This document shows positions 1 to 10,937 of a DNA stretch of 64,000 nt, in pieces. Made by a program: the position numbers and the translations under genes. Source of the stretch: an uncultured Gammaproteobacteria bacterium (lineage in GTDB: Bacteria; Pseudomonadota; Gammaproteobacteria; CAWCPV01); the NCBI GenBank assembly GCA_963797555.1, contig CAWCPV010000002.1:1-64000 (forward strand). The letters are read 5' to 3'. Positions within the stretch are counted from its first letter, which is position 1. Every line of letters starts with the position of its first letter. The notes under the pieces were generated by a model. The model searched no databases and had not been told where the DNA came from. It saw nothing but the letters and a program-made list of their open reading frames with translations.

Positions 1-362
1 TCCTGGGTGTGTGCCTGGGGCACCAGAGCATCGGGCAGGCCTTCGGGGGCCGCATCGTGCATGCACGCGAGATCATGCACGGCAAGACATCCATGATTCA
101 CCACAGCGGGAAGGGGGTGTTTGCAGGCTTGCCCAGCCCCTTCGAAGCCACGCGCTACCACTCATTGGTGATAGAGAAGGAGACACTGCCGGAGGTGCTG
201 GAGGTTACTGCCTGGACCGAGCGCGCCGACGGCACCGTGGACGAGATCATGGGGGTACGGCACAGAGACTGGCCTCTGGAAGGGGTCCAGTTTCATCCGG
301 AATCGATCCTTACGCGCCACGGCCACGACCTGTTGGCGAACTTTCTGGCCGCGCGGCTCTGA
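1..362 (+). CDS. trpG: Anthranilate synthase component II / glutamine amidotransferase (5' truncated by window edge)
   Basis: LGVCLGHQ nucleophile motif, RYHSL and GVQFHPES motifs; lies upstream of trpD-trpC. Confidence 0.93.
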   Translation, partial: LGVCLGHQSIGQAFGGRIVHAREIMHGKTSMIHHSGKGVFAGLPSPFEATRYHSLVIEKETLPEVLEVTAWTERADGTVDEIMGVRHRDWPLEGVQFHPESILTRHGHDLLANFLAARL

Positions 363-455
363 TCTCCATGTCGTGCGTGCGTCTGCCAGAGCAGCGAGGG
401 GATCGCGTGGGTGAGAAGGGCTCGTCGCCCCCATAGCCCAGAGCGGATGCCGGTG

Positions 456-1472
456 ATGGACATGCCGAGCGCGATCCGCGCACTCATCGACGGTCGCGAC
501 CTGGCCGCCGCCGAGATGCAGCAGGCCATGCGCACCATCATGACTGGCGGGGCGACGCCCGCGCAGATCGGCGGTTTTCTGGTCGCCCTGCGGATGAAGG
601 GCGAGACCGTGGAAGAGATCGCCGCCGCGGCAACGGTCATGCGTGAGCTGGCCATGCCGGTGCAGGTGCGGGGGCCGCACCTGGTGGATACTTGCGGCAC
701 CGGCGGCGACGGCGTTCACACGTTCAACATCTCCACCACTTCGGCTTTCATAGCGGCCGCCGCCGGGGCCAGGGTGGCCAAGCATGGGAACCGCTCCGTA
801 TCCAGCAGCTCCGGCAGCGCAGACGTGCTGGAGGCGGCCGGCGTGAACCTGGATCTGACGCCGGAGCAGGTCGCTCGCTGCATCGAGCAGGTGGGTGTGG
901 GGTTCATGTTCGCGCCGAAGTACCACGGAGCCATGCGGCACGCCGTCGGTCCCCGGCGCGAGATGGGGGTGCGCACGCTGTTCAATCTGCTCGGCCCTCT
1001 CACCAACCCGGCGGGGGCTCCCAACCAAGTGCTGGGCGTGTTCGGCAGGCAGTGGGTCGAGCCCATGGCCCGGGTGCTGGGACGGCTCGGAAGCGAGCAC
1101 GTGCTGGTGGTGCACGCGGACGACGGTCTGGACGAGGTGAGCATCGGTGCCCCGACCTATGTCGCCGAACTGCGAGACGGCGAAGTCTATACTTACTCGG
1201 TCGTCCCCGAGCAATTCAGGCTCGTGCGTGGCAATGTCGCGGAACTGGCGGTGGACGGTATCGCTGAGAGCTTGGCGATGGTGCGGTCGGCCTTGGGCGA
1301 CCAGCCCGGTCCCGCCCGCGATGTGGCGCTCCTGAATGCGGCAGGCGCCATCTATGCGGCCGGCATCGCGTCGAGCCTGGCCGAGGGCGTGGAGCGCTCC
1401 CGCCTCGCGGTGTCGTCGGGCGCGGCGCGGGCGCGGTTGGAGGCCCTGGTCGATCTCACCAGGAGCCTCTGA
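456..1472 (+). CDS. trpD: Anthranilate phosphoribosyltransferase
   Basis: [15 protein letters not shown] and [16 protein letters not shown] motifs; ATG at 456 preferred. Confidence 0.97.
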   Translation: MDMPSAIRALIDGRDLAAAEMQQAMRTIMTGGATPAQIGGFLVALRMKGETVEEIAAAATVMRELAMPVQVRGPHLVDTCGTGGDGVHTFNISTTSAFIAAAAGARVAKHGNRSVSSSSGSADVLEAAGVNLDLTPEQVARCIEQVGVGFMFAPKYHGAMRHAVGPRREMGVRTLFNLLGPLTNPAGAPNQVLGVFGRQWVEPMARVLGRLGSEHVLVVHADDGLDEVSIGAPTYVAELRDGEVYTYSVVPEQFRLVRGNVAELAVDGIAESLAMVRSALGDQPGPARDVALLNAAGAIYAAGIASSLAEGVERSRLAVSSGAARARLEALVDLTRSL

Positions 1473-1475
1473 TCC

Positions 1476-2282
1476 ATGAGTCAGATGCCCGACATCCTGG
1501 AGCGCATACTGGCTCGGAAGGTCCGGGAGGTGGCTGCGCGCGCCGAGGCGGTTCCTGCGGTGCGCCTACGGCGACAGCTCGGCCAGGCGTCGCCGCTACG
1601 CGGATTCCTCTCCGCCATCTCCGGCCGCCTCCAGCAAGGGCGCCCGGCCGTCATCGCGGAGATCAAGAAGGCGTCTCCCAGCAAGGGGGTACTGCGGGAG
1701 GACTTCCAGCCAGCCGCCATCGCCGCTTCATACGAACGGGCAGGCGCGACGTGCCTGTCCGTGCTCACCGACCGCGACTTTTTCCAAGGCGCACCGCGAT
1801 ATCTGCACGAGGCAAGGGACGCCTGCGCTCTTCCCGTGTTGTGCAAGGACTTCATCATCGATCCGCACCAGATAATCGAGGCCCGCGTTTGGGGCGCGGA
1901 CTGCGTATTGCTCATCGTGGCGGCGCTCCAGGACCCACGTCTCGCGGAGCTGGCTGCGCAGGCCGAGGATCTGGGGATGGACGTGCTGGTGGAGGTCCAC
2001 GACGCCGAGGAGTTGCAGCGGGCGCTCTGCCTGTCGGTGCCGCTCATCGGCATCAACAACCGCAACCTTCGTACCTTCGACACCCGCCTGGATACCACTC
2101 TCGGTCTTCTGCCCGGAATTCCCAAAGACCGTATCGTAGTCACCGAGAGCGGCATCCATAGTCCGGAGGACGTCGCGCTGATGCGGTCCAACGGCGTGCA
2201 CACCTTCCTCGTGGGAGAGGCTTTCATGCGCGCTCCCGACCCGGGTGGGCGCCTTGCCGAGCTTTTTCCCCGAGTCGGCTGA
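1476..2282 (+). CDS. trpC: Indole-3-glycerol phosphate synthase
   Basis: [25 protein letters not shown] and VTESGI motifs. Confidence 0.97.
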   Translation: MSQMPDILERILARKVREVAARAEAVPAVRLRRQLGQASPLRGFLSAISGRLQQGRPAVIAEIKKASPSKGVLREDFQPAAIAASYERAGATCLSVLTDRDFFQGAPRYLHEARDACALPVLCKDFIIDPHQIIEARVWGADCVLLIVAALQDPRLAELAAQAEDLGMDVLVEVHDAEELQRALCLSVPLIGINNRNLRTFDTRLDTTLGLLPGIPKDRIVVTESGIHSPEDVALMRSNGVHTFLVGEAFMRAPDPGGRLAELFPRVG

Positions 2283-2329
2283 ACGGACGTGTGCCACCCC
2301 CTGCCCCAGCCGAGATTGCGGCGTTGTCC

Positions 2330-2750
2330 ATGAAAGCGCGGATAAAGCTGATCGAAGGTGTGACCCTCCTGGGTGAGTCCGAGAGCGGCCACAGTGTGGT
2401 CATCGACGGCGCCCCGGAGATCGGGGGCCGGGGCCTGGGTGTGCGGCCCATGGAAATGGTGCTCCTCGGGCTCGGCGGCTGCACTGCAATGGACGTTCCT
2501 GGCTATCTTGCAGAAGGCGCGCCAGGACGTGGCCGACTGCGTGATCGAGCTGAGCGCCGAGCGGGCCGAGTCGCCCCCTAGGGTATATACCGCTATTCAT
2601 GTGCATTACGTCATCTCCGGCAGGGACGTCGAGGAGAAGCACGTGGCCCGTGCCATCAAGCTCTCCATGGAGAAGTACTGTTCGGTGACCGCGATGCTGG
2701 CAAAAACGGCCGAAGTGACCCACGACTTCGAGCTTATCCAGACGCCGTGA
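2330..2750 (+). CDS. OsmC/YhfA family protein with one frameshift near 2495 (possible sequencing error)
   Basis: N-half RPMEMVLLGLGGCTAMDV in one frame; C-half ...LSMEKYCSVTAML in the next frame. Confidence 0.85.
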
Positions 2751-3145
2751 CGCGTCCCCCCTCGCGGCCTGTATTGCGCCACGTGGCGCTCAACGTCCGG
2801 GACCTGGCTGCGTGCGAGCGCTTCTATGTGGATTTGGTGGGGCTGGAAGTGGAGTGGCGTCCGGACCCCGACAACGTCTATCTCAGCTCGGGATCCGACA
2901 ACCTGGCGTTGCACCGAGGCAATCCAGGCCCCGCTCCCGGGGCGCTGGATCATATCGGCTTCACCCTGGATAGCCCCGAACAGGTGGACGCCTGGTACGG
3001 CTACCTCGCCGCCCATGCGGTGGCTATCAAGGCGCCGCCGCGCACACACCGGGACGGCGCCCGCAGCTTCTACTGTGCTGACCCGGACGGCAACCTCGTT
3101 CAGTTCATCTTCCACCCGCCGCTGCAGCCAAGCCCCGTGCGTTGA
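2747..3145 (+). CDS. VOC/glyoxalase family protein
   Basis: LRHVALNVRDL, LDHIGF and SFYCADPDGNLVQF motifs. Confidence 0.88.
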   Translation: MTRPPSRPVLRHVALNVRDLAACERFYVDLVGLEVEWRPDPDNVYLSSGSDNLALHRGNPGPAPGALDHIGFTLDSPEQVDAWYGYLAAHAVAIKAPPRTHRDGARSFYCADPDGNLVQFIFHPPLQPSPVR

Positions 3146-3214
3146 GAGCTGGTGCAGGAACATCGCGAGCGGCCCGAGGGCAAGGCACACGGAACGAGGA
3201 CCGCGCAGCGCCGT

Positions 3215-3300
3215 TAGCCCGACTTCGCGGATTCGTGGGGTAGGGATAGCCTAAGTGATTGAAATCGCGAGAGGCCATGTGGCAACGTCTGCACTACGTG
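3215..3300 (-). mobile_element. Isolated terminal remnant of an IS1634-family element
   Basis: TAGCCCGACTTCGCGGATTCGTGGGGTAGGGATAGC closely matches the end of the IS at 60796. Confidence 0.8.
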
Positions 3301-3386
3301 GCGCCCGGCGGCGTGCGGAAATTCACTGGTACGAAGCGACCGGCATCGATAGGAAAGAGTTGAAGATCAAACGATACATCGACTGA

Positions 3387-3617
3387 ATGCCCATGAACGA
3401 GAAACGAGGCTTCGTCGTCTGCGTGCGGAATGACGAATACGTCGCGTCCTTGGAGCTCAGGAAGATCTATGAGCTTCTTCCTGACCCCGACGCGGAAGCG
3501 CACGGACAGGTTCGGGTAGTCGACGAATCCGGCGAGGATTACCTTTATCCGGCAGAGTATTTCGTACGCTTGGACCTCCCGAGTGAAACCGAGAAGGCGG
3601 TGATCACGGCAGTCTAA
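3387..3617 (+). CDS. Small acidic protein, putative antitoxin/immunity (copy 1); only the 3' end of its partner gene (3302-3386) precedes it
   Basis: 76 aa, RVVDESGEDYLYP motif; near-identical to 10938-11168. Confidence 0.7.
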   Translation: MPMNEKRGFVVCVRNDEYVASLELRKIYELLPDPDAEAHGQVRVVDESGEDYLYPAEYFVRLDLPSETEKAVITAV

Positions 3618-3911
3618 CCGCGCGCTAGACCACGCGCCGGTCGTGGAAGGTTGAGACATGCCTGCCGGGGTGAGCGGCCGGGAAAACCGAGATCGGAAAG
3701 CTGAAGCGCGAGGGTCCTCCCGCACCGGCATTCGGCCACCGTGCCTGGCGCGGATGTCCTGAGCGCCCGAGCACCTCTAGGGCATCCCCCCAGACGTAGG
3801 CGAAGCCACCGGCCACGGATCGGGCCGTGCGCGGTTTCTGCCAGCTCGAGGTAGCCCAGCGCCGACTTCAGATAGGGTTCGTGGATGTTCGGGGCCGAGG
3901 GAGACCTTACG

Positions 3912-4220
3912 ATGACCGAGAAACTGGAAACCGTCAGAGGCAGCGGCAACGTGTTCGCCGATCTCGGCCTGGCCGACGCCGATGTGGAGCAGACCAAGGC
4001 GCTGTTGGCCGCTGAAATCATCAAACTCCTGGACGAGGAGGGGCTGTCCGTGCGCGAAGCCGGAAGGCGCACCGGCGTTGCCTACACGGATTTTTCCCGT
4101 ATCCGCAACGTCGACCTCGACCGCTTCACCATCGACCGGCTGATGAAAATTCTTGGCCGCTTCGACCGGCACGTCGAAGTTCAGCTCCGCGTAACGCCGC
4201 GCACACTTGAACCGGCGTGA
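3912..4220 (+). CDS. XRE-family HTH protein (HigA-like antitoxin) with no adjacent toxin
   Basis: GSGNVFADLGL...DFSRIRN...FTIDRLMKIL signature. Confidence 0.85.
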   Translation: MTEKLETVRGSGNVFADLGLADADVEQTKALLAAEIIKLLDEEGLSVREAGRRTGVAYTDFSRIRNVDLDRFTIDRLMKILGRFDRHVEVQLRVTPRTLEPA

Positions 4221-4223
4221 CCG

Positions 4224-4532
4224 ATGCTCACGAAAGCCGCGCGGTTCATGGACTCCGCGCTGCTGGCACTGTGCGTCGTCGTGTCGGGCATCTTTTTCTT
4301 CAGCTTCTGGGGGCGCAACGCCGAGGGACTGGGACGCGGTGACGCCGGCATGGCCCTGGCGCTGTCCTTCCTCGTGCCGGTCGCGGTCTACACCTCGCTC
4401 GCCCTCGCTCTCTTGGCCGCTGTGACTGCGCTCACCGCCCGGCGCCGCGGTCGCGCGCTGCACCTGAGGCTCGCCGCAGTGGTCGTCGCCTTGCTGCCGG
4501 CGGCCTTTCTGCTACTCGTCGATTTGCTATAG
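4224..4532 (+). CDS. Small hydrophobic membrane protein (about 3 TM segments)
   Basis: Hydrophobic stretches; starts 3 nt after the HTH gene; its second copy is split by IS21. Confidence 0.6.
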   Translation: MLTKAARFMDSALLALCVVVSGIFFFSFWGRNAEGLGRGDAGMALALSFLVPVAVYTSLALALLAAVTALTARRRGRALHLRLAAVVVALLPAAFLLLVDLL

Positions 4533-4799
4533 CCTTGCACCAGCCCCATAGGGCGTCGCCATCGCCCGCCTTTACGGTCCCCGGTCCCCGGACACCGATC
4601 CCCATGCTTGCAACCGCCCCATAGGACCTCGCTATCGCCCGCGACCTGCGCCGGCAGGCGAGGGGAGCGACTGGAACGACGTGCTGATGGGCGGCAAGCT
4701 CAACGGGATTTCGCGTCCCGCTGACCTGGCTGCCGTCGGGGGACAGGCTCCCGGGCGGAGGGCGCCGGGGGCGCCTATCGAGGAGGAGCGCGTCGGCCG

Positions 4800-5290
4800 C
4801 TATGAAGCGCCCCGCCGCCACCGGCAGCGTCAGGGTGCCTTCCTCGGTCAGATCCACGCGGCTGCCGAGCGGGTGGCATTCCCGGTCCAGGGTATCCCGC
4901 AGCCAGCGGCTGTCCTCGTCCACTGCGCGGTTCAGCCTGAAACGCCGGATCTGGAAGGGCCTCATCTCGAGTCGGACCAGACGCCCGTTCGACGGATCCA
5001 AGGCCGCGAGGAACGCCAGGGCGAGGTCGCCGCGATACTCCTCGTACCCCGCGATGCCCTCGTAGTCGTTCAGGAAGTCGCCGCAGCCGTAGAGGACGGG
5101 TTTGTCCCGGTAGACCTCGCTGCCGAGCCGATGGTGGGAAGAATGGCCGTGCACGAGGTACGCCCGCCTCGTGGACGAGCTTGCGGGCGAACGCCCGGTG
5201 GCTGCGCGGAATGGCGTAACCCCAATTGCCGCCCCAGTGGAGGGGGGCGACCACCGGCGAGCTGGCGCACGGTCTCCTCCGAGAGATCCG
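4800..5290 (-). pseudogene. CapA/PGA_cap metallophosphatase family, 3' fragment
   Basis: HWGGNWGY, HGHSSHH and LYGCGDFLNDYEGI motifs. Confidence 0.82.
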
Positions 5291-5309
5291 TCGGTACGGG
5301 TCGGCGATG

Positions 5310-5566
5310 CTATTTGCGGTAGATCTCGCGCCGGTGGCCGATGTCCACGACCAGAATTACAAGCCGTTCGTCATGGATCTCGTACAGCATGCGGTAGTCC
5401 CCAACGCGGATTCGCCAGGCCTCCCTGCCGCTGAGCTTCTTGACCCCAGGTGGCCTAGGCTCATCGGCTAGCCGGCGGATGGCGTCGGCTAGCCGCTCCC
5501 GGTCCTGTCTCGCGATTCGCGATAGTGTCTTTGGGCGCGCTTTTCGATAAAGAGGGCGTACGTCAA
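5310..5566 (-). CDS. RelE/ParE family toxin (N-terminus probably frameshifted)
   Basis: PRPPGVKKLSG..WRIRVGDYRMLYEI...IGHRREIYR. Confidence 0.88.
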
Positions 5567-5766
5567 TCGGTCTCCGCACCGATCTCGGTCATGGCCTCCT
5601 CGAACGGCACCGGCTCCGAGGGATGCCGCTTCGCCTCGTCGTAGGTGCGGATGTCGTCAAGCTCCTCGAGCTCTTCCTTGATCTGTTGCCATTCGGCCAG
5701 CGGCACAACGACCGCTTTACGGTTACCTGCTTGGTCGACCAGATACTCTTCGTGGACATTTATCAT
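5563..5766 (-). CDS. Acidic antitoxin cognate to the adjacent RelE toxin
   Basis: KAVVVPLAEWQQIKEELEELDDI; overlaps the toxin start. Confidence 0.8.
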   Translation of the reverse strand: MINVHEEYLVDQAGNRKAVVVPLAEWQQIKEELEELDDIRTYDEAKRHPSEPVPFEEAMTEIGAETD

Positions 5767-5909
5767 CGCATGACCCGCCTTGATCTGGGTTCTCCTTGCC
5801 ATAGGCTACGTGTCCCGAACACACCCCGCAACCCGCAGGTCAGCCCGAGTGAGGCGGAACCAAGGACGGTTCCGCCTGGCCGGAACCTCGACCCCAGAGT
5901 CACCCCGGC

Positions 5910-6021
5910 CACGCGAGCGTGCAGGGCTGGAGCAACCACGTCCGTTACGCTGACACCTGGCACCTGCGCGAGCGCATGCCCGAGCCCTTGGCGTGGTGCC
6001 CCCGGTGCCTATCGCAAGTGA
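5910..6021 (+). pseudogene. C-terminal fragment of a DGR-type reverse transcriptase
   Basis: Translates HASVQGWSNHVRYADTWHLRERM, resembling the thumb tail of DGR RTs; adjacent to an FGE/CLec target. Confidence 0.65.
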
Positions 6022-6026
6022 CCGCG

Positions 6027-6047
6027 TGCCGCCGCTGTGCGGCGGCA
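6027..6047. other. GC-rich hairpin TGCCGCCGC-TGT-GCGGCGGCA just downstream of the VR-like gene end (DGR target-recognition hairpin candidate)
   Basis: Perfect 9-bp stem with a 3-nt loop. Confidence 0.6.
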
Positions 6048-6048
6048 A

Positions 6049-6420
6049 TCAGTGAATCAAGTGCTCAGCGGGAATGGGCGAGGAGCAACACAACCGAAAT
6101 CCACGGCTCCCTGGTCCGCGATCCGGGTAGCGCCGCCAACGAGAGAAGACACGTCCGTCGCGCGGGCCGCTCAGCCAAGATCCGCCCCGCGGCACGCGAA
6201 GGTTTGTGCTCAGTTCGGGGTGCTCCGGGCGCTCGTCCTGTTTCAGACACCACTCCCATACGTTGCCCGCCAGGTCCTGTACTCCGTAGGGCGAAGCCGC
6301 CTGCGGGTACAGCCCCACGGCTACTGTCTGCTCCAAATAGCTGGGTCCGTCCGCGTTTTCCTTCTCGCCCACATTGGTGTAACCGGGTTGGTAACCATCT
6401 CCCCAGGGGTACCAGCAAGC
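6049..6420 (-). pseudogene. FGE-sulfatase (CLec-fold) domain C-terminal fragment, typical DGR target
   Basis: YPWG...SPYGVQDLAGNVWEW...RGGSW...GFRLCCSSPI. Confidence 0.85.
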
Positions 6421-6581
6421 CGGGTCGTCGCCAATGCACGATAAGGCGACTGTCGGCGTCAACTATGAGCTCGATGGCCGGAGCCGTCACACGGTACGGT
6501 GGTTCCGGGTGCGAACGGCCGCGAAACGGGACCTCGTCGAACTCGTTGGCCTTGCCGACACCTTCCGGGCGACCGAATGCC

Positions 6582-9201
6582 CTATGAAGCGCCCCGCCGC
6601 CACCGCAGTCTCAGAGCCTGTGAAAAAATCCCCCGAAGCCGCCAGCGCTGGTGTAAAGTTTCGCCATTTATTTGTCCACCAGGGGGCGGAGCGAAGTGGA
6701 CATCCCACTCTTTGACGAACAGCAGGCACCGGTTCCGCGGCCTGAAGAGCGTAGGGAGCGAGTCGCGCAGGGTGGCCCGCCGCGCTACCAGCGGCCCAAT
6801 CGTGCCCAGGTCGAGCTGCGGCCCTGTAACTTGGATGCACTGATCCCCGAGGACCATGCGGTGCGCACGGTCTGGGCGTTCGTGCAAGGGATGGATCTTT
6901 CACCCCTGTACCACAGTATCCGGGCGGTGGAGGGCGGGGCGGGACGCCCGCCGATTGACCCGGCCATCCTGATAGCGCTGTGGCTGTATGCCACCTTGGA
7001 GGGGGTAGGCAGTGCGCGGATGCTGGAGCGGCTGTGCCAGCAGCATGATGCCTACCGCTGGCTGTGCGGTGGTGTATCGGTCAACTACCACACCTTGGCG
7101 GACTTTCGGGTGGCCCATGGGGCGTTTCTCGACCATCAGCTCACCGTGGGGGTGGCCACCCTCCTGTCGGAGGGGCTGGTCAGCATGAAGCGGGTGGCGC
7201 AAGATGGCGTGCGCATCCGCGCCTCGGCCGGGGCGGCCTCCTTCCGTCGCCAACCGAGCCTGGAGAGCTGTCTCGAAGAGGCTCATGCGCAGGTCGAGAC
7301 GTTGCGCCAAGAGCTGCAAGACGCCCCGGCAGCGAGCGCCCAGCGTGAGCGGGCCGCCCGGCTGCGGGCCGCTCACGAGCGCGAGCAGCGGGTGCGCCAG
7401 GCCCTGGAGCATCTGCCTCAGGTCGAGGCCAAGAAGAAGGCCGCGGAGAAGGCCAAGGCGCGGGTCTCCACCACCGACCCCGAGGCGCGGGTGATGAAGA
7501 TGGGCGATGGCGGCTTCCGCCCCGCCTTCAACGGCCAGTTTTGCACCGACACCGACACCCAGATCGTGGTGGGGGTCGCGCTCAGCAACGAAGGCAGCGA
7601 CCAGGGTGAGCTGATACCGATGCTGGAGCAGCTTGTCGAGCGTTATCAAGCGCTGCCTGAGGAGACCTGGTCGATGGGGGCTTTGCCAACAAGCAGGCCA
7701 TCGAAGCGGCCACCGCCGCCGGCACCACGGTCTACGCCCCGGTACAAAAGCCCAAAGACCCCAACCGCGACCCCCATGCCCCGCTGCCCGAGGATAGTCC
7801 AGCGGTGGCCGCGTGGCGAGAACGCATGGGCACCGAACAGGCCAAAGAGATCTACAAGCAGCGGGCCTCTACCGCCGAATGCGTCAATGCCATCGCGAGA
7901 AACCGGGGACTGCGCTAATTCACCGTGCGTGGGCTGCAGAAGGTGAAAAGCGTGTTGTTATGGTACGCGCTTGCCCACAACCTGATGCGGGCAGCCTTCC
8001 TGCGCCTGCACAAGGCCAGCCAGCCGCAATACAGTACGGCATAGAGCCTCGAGACAAAGGGTTTGAACGTCCCCCGCGGGCGTCTCGGAACCCCCGTCAC
8101 GCCGCTTGGGAGGCAAGTCCGGGTCGGGACCCAGATCCAACAAGAGCTATATCACAAGCCGCTAATATTCTCTCGGCATCTTTTCCCCATGAGCAACGAT
8201 TTCTCCGCGCCCGAGCCGCCGAAATTCGATAAATTCACAGGCTCTCAGGGTGCCTTCCTCGGTCAGCTCCACGCCGCTGCCGAGCTTGTGGCATTCCCGG
8301 TCCAGGGTATCCCGCAGCCAGCGGCTGTCCTCGTCCACTGCGCGGTTCAGCCTGAAACGCCGGATCTGGAAGGGCCCCATCTCGAGTCGGACCAGACGCC
8401 CGTTCGACGGATCCAAGGCCGCGAGGTACGCCAGGGCGAGGTCGTCGCGATACTCCTCGTACCCCGCGATGCCCTCGTAGTCGTTCACGAAGTCGCCGCA
8501 GCCGTAGAGGATGGGTTTACGCTGGCGGCGATCCGGCGCACGGTCTCCTCCGAGAGATCCGCAAGAAGGTTCACGCCGGCCTGCTCCCCGGTGGCGGCCC
8601 ACTCCTCCGGAATGCCGCTCGTCTGCAACCCGAACGAGAACACGAGCGTCCGTCCCTTGCCGGGCACCTCCAGCAGGGCCGGGGCTTGGGCTTCCGGCAG
8701 GTCGCGCCGGCGCCCGCCGTCCTGATCCCCGCCCGGTGCAGCGCCTCCAGCGTCTCCAGCAGGCCGGCCGCGCCCCAGTCCAGCATGTGGTTGTTCGCGA
8801 GCACGCAGCAGTCGATCCCGGCGGCCCGGAGGCAGGGGACGCTGTCGGGATTGCATGCGGTAATTGATGCCCTTGGCCTCCCACTGCCCGCTCGCGGTGA
8901 CGGCGGTCTCCAGGTTGACGATTCTCGCATCGGGCGCCGAGCGCCCGAGCACCTCCAGGGCATCCCCCCAGACGTAGGCGAAGTCCACGGGCCGCGGAAT
9001 CGGGCCGTGCGCGGTTTCTGCCAGCTCGACATAGCCGAAGGCCGACTTCAGATAGGGTTCGTGGAGGTTCGGGTCCGAGGGGTGGGGCAGCACCTGGTCG
9101 ATGCCTCTGCCCGTCATCACGTCGCCGCACAGGAGCAGCTTCACGGCGGCCTCGTTGTTCGACCCGCCATGCCAGTCCTCGATGAAAGCTCCTCGGTCCA
9201 T
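6582..9201 (-). pseudogene. CapA/PGA_cap family gene interrupted by IS1182, with internal deletion and frameshifts
   Basis: LCGDVMTGRGIDQ, IVNLETAVT and LANNH motifs; the last codons continue left of the IS (6582-6613). Confidence 0.82.
6614..8244 (+). mobile_element. IS1182-family element; transposase frameshifted near 7668 with a stop near 7916
   Basis: TIR GAGCCTGTGAA...TTCACAGGCTC; GRPPIDP..L.ALWLY, QDGVRIRASA and TDPEARVMK motifs. Confidence 0.88.
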
Positions 9202-9551
9202 AGTCACCCTGCCCGTCCGGGGCGGTCTCGGACACAGGGCCGGGATAAGCCGTGCCTTGAAGTGGACCTCTGCCCACAGGTAAACCCTGTCCGGTAGGGG
9301 TGTAGATGCGTCAGCATTTAAGCTTCGCCGGCTATGGGAAGGCCGTGGGGGGATATGCCAAGGTCAAAACCGGACTCGGGAGATGGTCCGGGATCGCAGG
9401 GGGGCTTGCGGAAACGTGATGCAGGGTCTGATGGCCATTTGCCACGCAGATGGAAACGGCGGATACATCGGAAGTCATCGACCTCACCGTGCGCGCGCCG
9501 CATTTCTATCCCGACATCGTGAATGTCAAGCTCCGCGCGAGGGGCTGTGGT

Positions 9552-9863
9552 TCAAACGACATCCCAAGGCTTGACCTCCTTGGCTGCGAGATGCCGGCTG
9601 CCGTGGAGGATAGTGACGACAAAGACCCGCTCGGGCCGGGTCAGATAGATGATTCGATAGCCCTGATAGATCAGCTCGCGCACATCGTCCCGGCCTTCGG
9701 CCTCGGGCACGGCGCGGCCGATCTTCGGAAACTCCGCCAGTTTCTCCACCGAGGCGATGATGCGCTCGACGAAGCGCCGGGCGTAGTACGGCGAGTCCTT
9801 GGCGATGTAGGCCTTAAGGTCCCGGATATCGGTTCTGGCCCGGTGCGACCACTCAATCACCAC
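9552..9863 (-). CDS. RelE/ParE family toxin
   Basis: WSHRARTDI..YIAKDS...FPKIGRAVPE..RELIYQGYRIIY. Confidence 0.88.
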   Translation of the reverse strand: MVIEWSHRARTDIRDLKAYIAKDSPYYARRFVERIIASVEKLAEFPKIGRAVPEAEGRDDVRELIYQGYRIIYLTRPERVFVVTILHGSRHLAAKEVKPWDVV

Positions 9864-10038
9864 GGCCCAGCAGCTCAGCCTTGACCTCTTCGTGCGGGAC
9901 CGTGCGGCCGGCCTCGACATCGGCCAGGCCTTCCTCGATCTTCTGCTTCACGTACAGCTCGTACATGATGTCATCCCAGGTGGCTTGCTCCGGCATCTGC
10001 TCGATGATCTGCCGGGCGGCGTCTTTGGCGCTTGGCAT
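9853..10038 (-). CDS. Antitoxin paired with the ParE toxin
   Basis: TWDDIMYELYVKQKIEEGLADVEAGRTVPHEEV; overlaps the toxin start. Confidence 0.85.
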   Translation of the reverse strand: MPSAKDAARQIIEQMPEQATWDDIMYELYVKQKIEEGLADVEAGRTVPHEEVKAELLGRGD

Positions 10039-10329
10039 GATTCGGTTCTCCGTCGGTGATTAGCGGCTCATTTGGCGGCGATTCCAGGCAGTGCCGGGCC
10101 TGGTACTTCAGCCCCGCCAGGACCTTCATCACCACGCGCTGCTGGTCTGGCGGCAAGTGGCTGACCGCCTCGAACTGAGGCGCCAGCGCGTCGCCCGGGC
10201 CGCGCGAGACTAAGTCAGTGGTTTTATTTTACAGCAGGCCCTGTTGCTGTATTCCCCGCTTTGCGGACCAGACCGCGGTTTTCTCTATTTACCACGAGAC
10301 CGGCCACACGGGCGGGGTCTCCCGGCCCA

Positions 10330-10425
10330 ACTTCCTGACCGGCATCCTCGACGAGAACGGCACGCGTTACGCCACGTACCAGTATGACGCACAGGGCCGC
10401 GCCGTCTCCTCCGAGCATGCGGGAG
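10330..10425 (+). pseudogene. RHS/YD-repeat protein fragment
   Basis: LTGILDENGTRYATYQYDAQGRAVSSEHAG. Confidence 0.7.
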
Positions 10426-10703
10426 AGTGCCAATCGGACCACCTTCGCGTATCCGGCCCCTGTACCGCCGGGCGTCACCCTTCTCGCGGAGAGGTCAGCC
10501 TTCGCTCGAGAGCGAGCCCTCGTGGAGTGGCGTACGAGCCTCGGAGTCTCGTGTGCGTCGGGGCCGAGTAAACGTCACCGCGGCTTTAGAGAATCCTTGT
10601 CGCAGCGAGAATCTGTGGATGTTGGAAGACATGGCCCCATCGAGGGTGTCAACGTCATGTTCCGCTGCATGCGACAATCGAGGGGTCGATAAGCTTACCG
10701 AAA

Positions 10704-10937
10704 GTGGACTTCGAGGTCATTGGAGAGATTACAAACGTCCAGACGTTCGCGACCGGGCGCGGAATACGGGAGCTGCCGCGACTACGGCGGATATATGGGA
10801 AAGGCCACTGGAGAAAGCGAAAAGGGATCGCAACCGTGCGCTTAGGGGACGGATCCCGGCGGCGTGCGGAAATTCACTGGTACGAAGCGACCGGCATCGA
10901 TAGGAAAGAGTTGAAGATCAAACGATACATCGACTGA
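10704..10937 (+). CDS. Small basic protein, putative toxin
   Basis: 77 aa with WRKRKG...AEIHWYE motif; directly followed by an acidic partner gene. Confidence 0.7.
   Translation: MDFEVIGEITNVQTFATGRGIRELPRLRRIYGKGHWRKRKGIATVRLGDGSRRRAEIHWYEATGIDRKELKIKRYID

Larger units (their letters stand above)
3302..5290. repeat. IS-free copy of a ~2 kb block whose second copy is split across 10856-11249, 12700-12948, 30135-30498 and 32960-33958
   Basis: Near-identical sequence and identical or near-identical ORFs in both copies. Confidence 0.92.

Noticed and set aside
2330-2750. Programmed frameshifting in osmC and other split genes
   Set aside because: No slippery-site pattern seen; scattered single-base indels across the window fit sequencing error or decay better.
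5830-5880. SRP RNA or other ncRNA (CAGGTCAG plus hairpin)
   Set aside because: Lacks the conserved GGAAGGAAGCAGC loop; only a simple hairpin is supported.
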